DNA of 64,000 nucleotides from Eledone cirrhosa (Eukaryota): NCBI GenBank assembly GCA_964016885.1, contig OZ024744.1, positions 87,358,001 to 87,422,000 of the forward strand, read 5' to 3'. Shown piece by piece: positions 57,186 to 64,000 of this stretch (position 1 is its first letter; each line of letters starts with the position of its first letter). The notes under the pieces were generated by a model. It saw only the letters and a program-made list of their open reading frames with translations, ran no database searches and was not told where the DNA came from. The position numbers and the translations under genes were made by a program.

Positions 57186-57442
57186 GGTAATATCCGTAGT
57201 GGTAGAGCACTCAGTCCATGGGACGAGTTGTGTAGAAGTGGTTAAACAACATTACGAGCTGAGGATCCGTTAAGGTGAAACAATTGTTCTTGGTATGGTG
57301 ATCTAACTGTTGTGTAACCACTTCTACATAACTCGTCCATTACGAGCTGAGGATCCGTTATGTCCATTACGAGATGAGGATCCGTTAAGGTGAAACAATT
57401 GTTCTCGGTATGGTGAACTAACTGTTGTGTAACCACTTCTAT
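57186..57442 (+). mobile_element. Inverted + tandem micro-array of a hammerhead module (HHRs at 57250-57298, truncated 57337-57360, C3A copy 57364-57413)
   Basis: CATTACGAG-CTGAGGA-TCC-GTTAA-GGT-GAAA-CAATTG-TT-CT(C/T)GGTATGG; 57222-57250 is the reverse complement of 57309-57338. Confidence 0.8.
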
Positions 57443-57472
57443 ATATATATATATCTATTTATATGTAGAGGG

Positions 57473-57650
57473 TATATTTAATTTGTTGGGATACAACAAG
57501 CAAAATATTTTTATAACTGATATAAAGCACTCAACAAATTAATTGGAGTAAATATACAATATATTAACAAACTCTGCCTTGGTGGCCCTTGAAATGTGTA
57601 TAATGAAATAAATATGGTTTTATAAATATAGTTTCCATTTGTTAATATAT
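57473..57650. mobile_element. Inverted pLTR-like module of the 26272 family, broken in HHR loop II
   Basis: 57473-57570 matches 26272-26364. From about 57572 the + strand gives TGGTGGCCCTT-GAAA-TGTGTA-TA-ATGAAATA, the HHR 3' half only. Confidence 0.75.
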
Positions 57651-57756
57651 TATATATTTATATATATATATAACAGGTAAACAGGAATAATAACACAATC
57701 GGTACTGTAAATGGAAGGAATATATTAGGTTAACGCTTGAAATAGCAGGAAGCGGG

Positions 57757-57792
57757 TCTTAACGATTCGGACGCTTGTTCTTCATCAGAAGA
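57757..57792 (-). ncRNA. Minimal hammerhead with A15.1U lesion (48816 family)
   Basis: Minus strand TCTT-CTGATGA-A-GAAC-AAGC-GTCC-GAAT-CG-TT-AAGA. Confidence 0.6.
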
Positions 57793-58440
57793 AAGAATGA
57801 GAAATAAGGTAGATTGAAGGGACGAGCGGGTTGGAATTGGAAAAAAATGTCTTTAGATAAAAATAACAGGTCCATTCATGTTGGAATATATTAACACACG
57901 AATATATATGTAGAATGAGAAAGAAAGAGAGAGGCGCAGATAGATATATCGACCACTTTACTCTTGTGAATAGTTTTGAAAATAAATGAGCAATCAGAAA
58001 AAGTGCATACACGATTATATGATATCTCATTAATGATTGGAATATATATATATATATTTATGTGATATAATCTCATTTTATTTAATAAGCATTCGAGTAT
58101 GTTTGGTTGGAGAAGTGGTTAAAAAGGAGAAAGAGAAAAGAATGAAATATTGAAGAGGCAAAAAACGAAAACAAGGTAAAAATGAATAGAAAAGTAGGCG
58201 GAAGTAATGACAGAAAGACAAAGGAATAGGGAGAAGTGGAAAGTTGAAGAGTAATAATTGGAGGGGGAAATAAAAGAGCAGCAACACGGGAAGCAATGAA
58301 GGAAGAACGAAATATGTTGTTGGTATTTAAATAAGGAATGTTTGGTAACACTGTATCATAATTTGCAACAAATTTGATCAAAATCCAATTGCAAACATTG
58401 GCAATGAGCAAGAGAATTAACAGCAACAGCAAGCGATAGT

Positions 58441-58513
<73 letters not shown>

Positions 58514-58846
58514 GTTGTTGCTGCTGCTATAGTAACAATAACAACAGCAAAAACAACTACAGCCAGAGAAGAAAGCAACAATGACACTAATAACAAACAA
58601 ACATACACACACACACACACACACACATACAACAACAACAACAAAACTTGGCCTGAAATAGGGAAATAACGGACAACAGACAACATAATTCAACAACATA
58701 AAAAAACAACAGCAGACAAACAAATAAGCAAAAACAAACACAAGCTAAAAAAAAAAAAAAGGTACACGACAACAACAAAATAAAATAAACTTACAACAAA
58801 AAGAATTTTTGGAAGAAAGGGTGAGAATTCCTTTTGATGTTTTTAG

Positions 58847-58977
58847 ATCTAGTCGTTGATGAAACGTGTTCCTTGTTTGGCCGCGGTTGTATATTTACTT
58901 CCAAACGATATAGCTGTTGCCAAAGGCGCTTCCCTGATTGTTTTGGCTCTTGTTTGGCGGGAAAAATCAATTCCTAG
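58847..58977 (+). CDS. Candidate terminal coding exon of a small six-cysteine peptide
   Basis: Acceptor TTCCTTTTGATGTTTTTAG| (phase 1), then xLVVDETCSLFGRGCIFTSKRYSCCQRRFPDCFGSCLAGKINS*; C-x6-C-x8-CC-x6-C-x3-C; non-repetitive sequence. Upstream exon not found. Confidence 0.4.
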
Positions 58978-59373
58978 TCGTTTTCTGACGTGTGTACCTT
59001 GCTGAGAATGTAGAAGACCTGATAGAATCTTGGAAAGCAAACTAAGTATTAAGTGAAGTAACGTCTTGTGATATGTGCAAATGGCAAATAAGAAGGCTGT
59101 TGCGTTTACCACCATTTCTTTGTTCTTCATTAGCATAATAACAAATTCACGACAGCTATCTGTTTGTGTAAACAACATTTCACATAACATACACAAACAC
59201 ACACACACACGCACACACACGTACACCCTCCTCCCTCCACACACACACATACACAAGCACATATATATACACACAGAGCTACTCTCTCTCTCTCTCTGTC
59301 AATTTCTCATTACTCTCTCACAAAATATTCACACATTTATAAACACTGACACACACATGTATACATACATATG

Positions 59374-59477
<104 letters not shown>

Positions 59478-59515
59478 TATGTTGATATATATATATTGCA
59501 ATGCACACGTCCATG

Positions 59516-59578
<63 letters not shown>

Positions 59579-59888
59579 GCAGATCAAGTACACATATATT
59601 GTGACAGTGATGGACGGAATAGAATTGGGAAATGAAAATACAAAACAACGAGAGGAGAGGCGGGAGAAAGATATAGCGTGTAGCTTAAGTGAAAGATTGG
59701 GAAGTGAAGCAGACGAGATAGATAGGGAATGAATAGATCTGGTAAACAGCACAGACGGAAACAATGAAAAAGCGTGAGAAAAACGTGAGAAAAACGTGAG
59801 AAAAACGTGTGAAAATACCTTAGAAATAAAGTAAACTGAAAGATAACAGAACAAAAAAAAAAAAAGAATTGCAGTGAAAGTAGGTATA

Positions 59889-60770
59889 TAATAATTGTTT
59901 CTACTTTTGGCACAAGGCAAGCAATTAATTCCGTACATTACTGCTACTTTATTTTATCGACCCCGTAAGAATGAAAGGCAAAATGGTTTCTGATTTGGGC
60001 ACAAGTCCAGCAATTTTGAGGAGGGGAAAGTCGAGTAAATCGACCCCAGTGCGTGACTGGTACTTTATTTTATCGACCCCGTAAGAATGAAAGGCAAAAT
60101 GGTTTCTGATTTGGGCACAAGTCCAGCAATTTTGGGGAGGGGAAAGTCGAGTAAATCGACCCCCAGTGCGTGACTGGTACTTTATTTTATCGACCCCGTA
60201 AGAATGAAAGGCAAAATGGTTTCTGATTTGGGCACAAGACCAGCAATTTTGAGGAGGGGAAAGTCGAGTGAATCGACGCCAGTGCGTGACTGGTACTTTA
60301 TTTTATCGACCCCGTAACGATGAAAGGCAAAGCTAACATCGGCTGGATTTGAACCGAGAATATAAACAGCGTTAACTACATGCTGCTAAACATCTTATCC
60401 GACTCTCTACCGATACTCCCAACCCGCCCTCCTAACTATGTTTATATAATAATAATTGTTTCCACCTTTTGGTACAAGGTCAGCAATTATGCCAGTGCAT
60501 TACTGGTACTTTATTTTAACGACCCCCCGTAACGATGAAAGGCAAAGTTATTCTCGGCGATATTTGAAATCAGACCGTAAAGGTGCGTAACTCTGTGCTG
60601 CAAAGCATGGCGTCCGACCCTCTATCGATACTGTCAACCCACCGCCCTTATTATATGTTTATAATAATGGTTTCTCTTATAGGCACATGGCCAACAATTT
60701 TTTTTGTTAATGTTTTTGTGGCGGGAGTGGAAAATCGATTAAATCGATAATAGTGCGTTACTGGTATTTC
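59889..60770 (-). mobile_element. SINE family A cluster with tandem 116-117-bp duplications of the 3' half
   Basis: Units start at 59981, 60097 and 60214, with one tRNA head ending about 60430. A further full copy at 60451-60648 and a partial copy at 60664-60770. Confidence 0.88.
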
Positions 60771-60774
60771 ATTA

Positions 60775-63740
60775 GTAATAACAAACCAGACCCCAGCCAA
60801 ATTCATCGGTCTGTCTGTTCAGTATACGACGATGCTGTTGAACGGCATGGATTTACCACTCCAGGCGCTAATCTTTAAACCTACATATTTTTCCGAATTC
60901 AGTTGTTATCCCATCAGTCTTCTATATACCTCTAAGAAGGTAAGGACTACCTCGATTTCTTAGGCATTCGACACCATCATAGTGACATCGTCCACATACG
61001 CTGAAGCAGCCATGCGATATCCCAGTTCAAGCGGGATGCTCTGCAACAGCTTAAACTTCAGCAGTAATGGGTCAAGAATCAGTATGTATGGTAGGAAGGA
61101 GATAAAGCATTCTTGACGGATCGAACGCGTGATATGGAACGGTACCGATATGTGACCATATATACTTTGACCAGCGAACTGATGCCGCTGTGCGATCCAG
61201 CTTCTGAAGACGGGACCGAATCCAATTGCCTTGAAGACAACCCCCAACTATCGATGGTTGACCATATCGAAAGCTTTCGATTGATCTTAATTGATTAAAG
61301 CCACACCGACGCCTGGTTTATTCCCTACCATCTCTATGATTTATCGTATGAGGTGGAGGTTATCGTGTATGGACCTCTTTGTTCCTCCGATACCATAAGC
61401 TTGACAAGCCCCTTGGCCAAAATATTCAACTCTGTGTTGAGGAGAGTTATGTACCAGAAATGTTTCACATAGTCCCATTCTTCTCTTCTTTCCTCTTCAG
61501 CATTGTTTACAGAACAGCGAATTTTCCCATTCTGATGCCAATTGCAGTAGTCGGCTTCGACGTCATCGGAGAACAGGTCTGGCTTGTCTACAGAAAGCTC
61601 GTACAGCAAAACCTCGAAATCGGATAATTTGCGCTTCGTAAAGCCAGCCAGGGTTACCCATATCTCAGCTCTGCTTTTATCGGCTTTTTGCGGCACTTCG
61701 CATCAGCTGCCGAGAGTCATGGTAGGTCTGCGAGGTATGAACTGGAGTCCCCTACCATCTCTGAATCCCGCTCGTCTCAAATAGTCATGGAAAATGCTAC
61801 TGAAATGTCGCACACATCCTTTTGGAATCGACCAGAACCTTCCAGCCACGGTTCGTCGAATACCAAATTTTGACTTTTTTGCCATGTTACACCTCTGCCA
61901 CTCGTGCCCATTGAACAGATTTTGTTCCTTCGTTTCTTAGAACACCCGCCTTAGCTTATAATGCAACCTCATGTTTCGCATCGAAGAAATGGTCTAGTAC
62001 TAATCTCGCAGACAGAAATGCTGGTTGCAATGCGACTCCTAATTGTCTCTTCTAATTTAGTTACTAACTCGAAATCCGTTTTATCTTTTTCTATAGTTAC
62101 TTTTTATTGATTCTTCTCTAAAGACTCTGTTGAAAGCACCCCACCACCTATTGTTGACGACTGCCCCTGTCAACTGGTGCTTTACTAATGTGCAAATCCG
62201 GTTGCTTTACGCTTCACGCGCCGAGAACGATGCGTTAAGCTTCCAGTAACAGGGTCTCTGCCTACGAGTTCTATTTGTCGATCATGTAGAGCACGAATTT
62301 GAAATTATAGACACCCGTTGCCATCCCTATCTGATAATTTAATGAAATCCTATCTAAAACGATATTGATGACACTATGCGATGGATGAACTCTGGTAAAT
62401 TGGAGGATTCAAGTGTGTACCTGTCAGATAGAAGAGATCAGGTTCTTGAGGTTTCTGCACCACGCGCTTCTATCTGCTACTCCCACACAGTCCCAGCGTC
62501 ATCCAAGAAAGCCGGTGATCCAGCCCCAGTCGGGGCGTAGAAGATCTACAGTCTATAAACACCACTTTCGTTATTGCTCGTGACCAGAACCGCCAAGTTA
62601 ACTCCCGAGTCCAGGAAGATCGTTCAGGCCCTACTTAAACAGCCATGTCAAACGATTCTCATCCCAGATCGATTAATCGATGCACTGATCTATGTCGTCT
62701 AAAGTGAGGTCTATAGCAAGTGTGTCGTAAATCCTGGTCTCGCCGAAGGCAGTCACATCCATAGCTAGTACCCGAGATCGTTGAGCGCAATCGTTGCTTC
62801 TAAGACGACCTCAGTCCACGTACATCTACATACCTTAATCTTAAATTGCCATGTTGCCTAGTTAGTTAAGAGAAAACACAAGCAAGGGGTTTCTACTTAC
62901 CATCTGCTTGCTGTAGGAGATCGGGTGGTTCAACCTTCATATCTGGTGGGGTTTCCTTTAGGAACCCCTTTGGAAGCCCACTCGTGGGTTTTATATTAGG
63001 AGTTCCCACGTCGTGGAAAACCCTCTCCCTAATGATTTTGTAGGCAACTACCGACATTCCCACCATTGTTTAGTGATTTTTGAGTCACTTTATATGTACT
63101 CGAACCGACAATCTCTGAGCCTTCCCCAATGACCTCAATTCGTGTTATGAGGGACATTAGTTCTTTATTTGCCCTTCTCACTAACATGAAGTTTTGTGTA
63201 CGTGCGTTTTTTGCTGTTGGTTTTGTGTGTTTGGGGGTTTTCTTTTGTGGTTCATTGCGGTTCTGGTAGGGTTGATGGTCCTGTTTATTTTGGTTGTGTT
63301 TTCAGTTGGGGGTGGAGTGGATTTAGTGTTTGGTATGGGTGCGTTTTGTGTTTTCGGGAGTGATTTCTGGTGTCTGGTAGCGTGTGCTATCTGATTTTTG
63401 TGTGTCTGCTTTTTAGCTTTTTTATGTTTGTCTGGTTCCTCTTCTCTTTTTTGGGGAGATGAGGAGTTCCATATGTCTGTTAAGGTGTGGTTGGAAGTAT
63501 GTTTATGTCTTCGTGTGTGTGTATATGTTTAGAGAGCGTAAAGAGAGAAGGAGAACGAACATTCTTGGCGGAACCCCAAGGGTTTTTTTTTTTTAGTCTG
63601 TTGTTGATATTGATGGTAGTTTAGTTGCTGCTGTTGGTGGTGTTGTTGGTTTTGTTAGTCCGGGAGTTGCTGGTGGTCATATGTTTGTGAACCCTGAAGC
63701 CCTGTTGTTGGCAGCAATGGTACTCTGTGGTCGCTCGCTC
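60775..63740 (-). mobile_element. Older, 3'-truncated, decayed Tx1-like LINE
   Basis: Homologous to 44040-46960: DQSKAFD.V.H, IRQEC, SAYVDDVT, ITLLNTEL, YWKLNAS; ORF1 remnants beyond 62880. Confidence 0.85.
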
Positions 63741-64000
63741 TCTTCCGGAGAGAGCAGAAAGCTCTTAGGAACATATAAGACATTTCTAATAACCTTCTGA
63801 AGGAATTTGAGAATCAATAGATGGATCTATGATTTTAGGGGAGACTAAACATATTTGAAAGACTAAGTGAATGAGTAATATTGGAAATGGTGTGTTTATT
63901 TGTGGAAATATTAAACAAATACAAAATGTTTGCAGAAAACAAAAACGTTTCGCATACAAAACTTATTTTCATTGTCTCATCTGGTATACTATCTGGTATA

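Noticed and set aside
57250-57442. Repeats with intervening sequence as a CRISPR array (also 59981-60330)
   Set aside because: No unique spacers, no cas genes, eukaryotic context; explained by HHR and SINE tandem duplication.
58953-58966. E2F-like TTTGGCGGGAAAAA
   Set aside because: Single short motif inside the candidate exon, with no other promoter evidence.
61200-61225. CTGAAGACGGGACCGAATCC as a hammerhead
   Set aside because: Antisense to Tx1 RT codons; lacks GAAA, UH and stem I.

Overview
AT-rich animal genomic DNA dominated by (TA)n/(CA)n/trinucleotide microsatellites and retroelements. The SINE content suggests an octopus/coleoid cephalopod (inference). No intact host gene is evident, and most listed ORFs are microsatellite translations or antisense shadows of transposon ORFs. 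Recognisable elements: RLE-type LINEs (R4/Dong-like, one nearly full length, and a CRE-like 3' end), RTE, CR1-like, two Tx1/L1-clade copies, two Penelope-like (PLE) RT/GIY-YIG relics, and about 14 copies of a tRNA-derived SINE. The main signal outside the ORF track is a set of about 20 minimal type I hammerhead ribozyme (HHR) motifs and remnants from about 8 distinct sequence families. Seven have an intact canonical core and one is a U3-A8 compensatory variant. They lie in short non-coding modules that abut (TA)n tracts and are arranged as tandem or fold-back copies, like PLE pseudo-LTRs or retrozymes. One tandem pair predicts a 484-nt self-excised RNA. Rearrangement breakpoints recur in HHR stem II, four families share a TGAGTRCT motif downstream of the cleavage site, and two fold-backs carry CTCF-like or NRF1-like sites. 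A candidate terminal exon encoding a six-cysteine C-C-CC-C-C peptide lies at 58847-58977.
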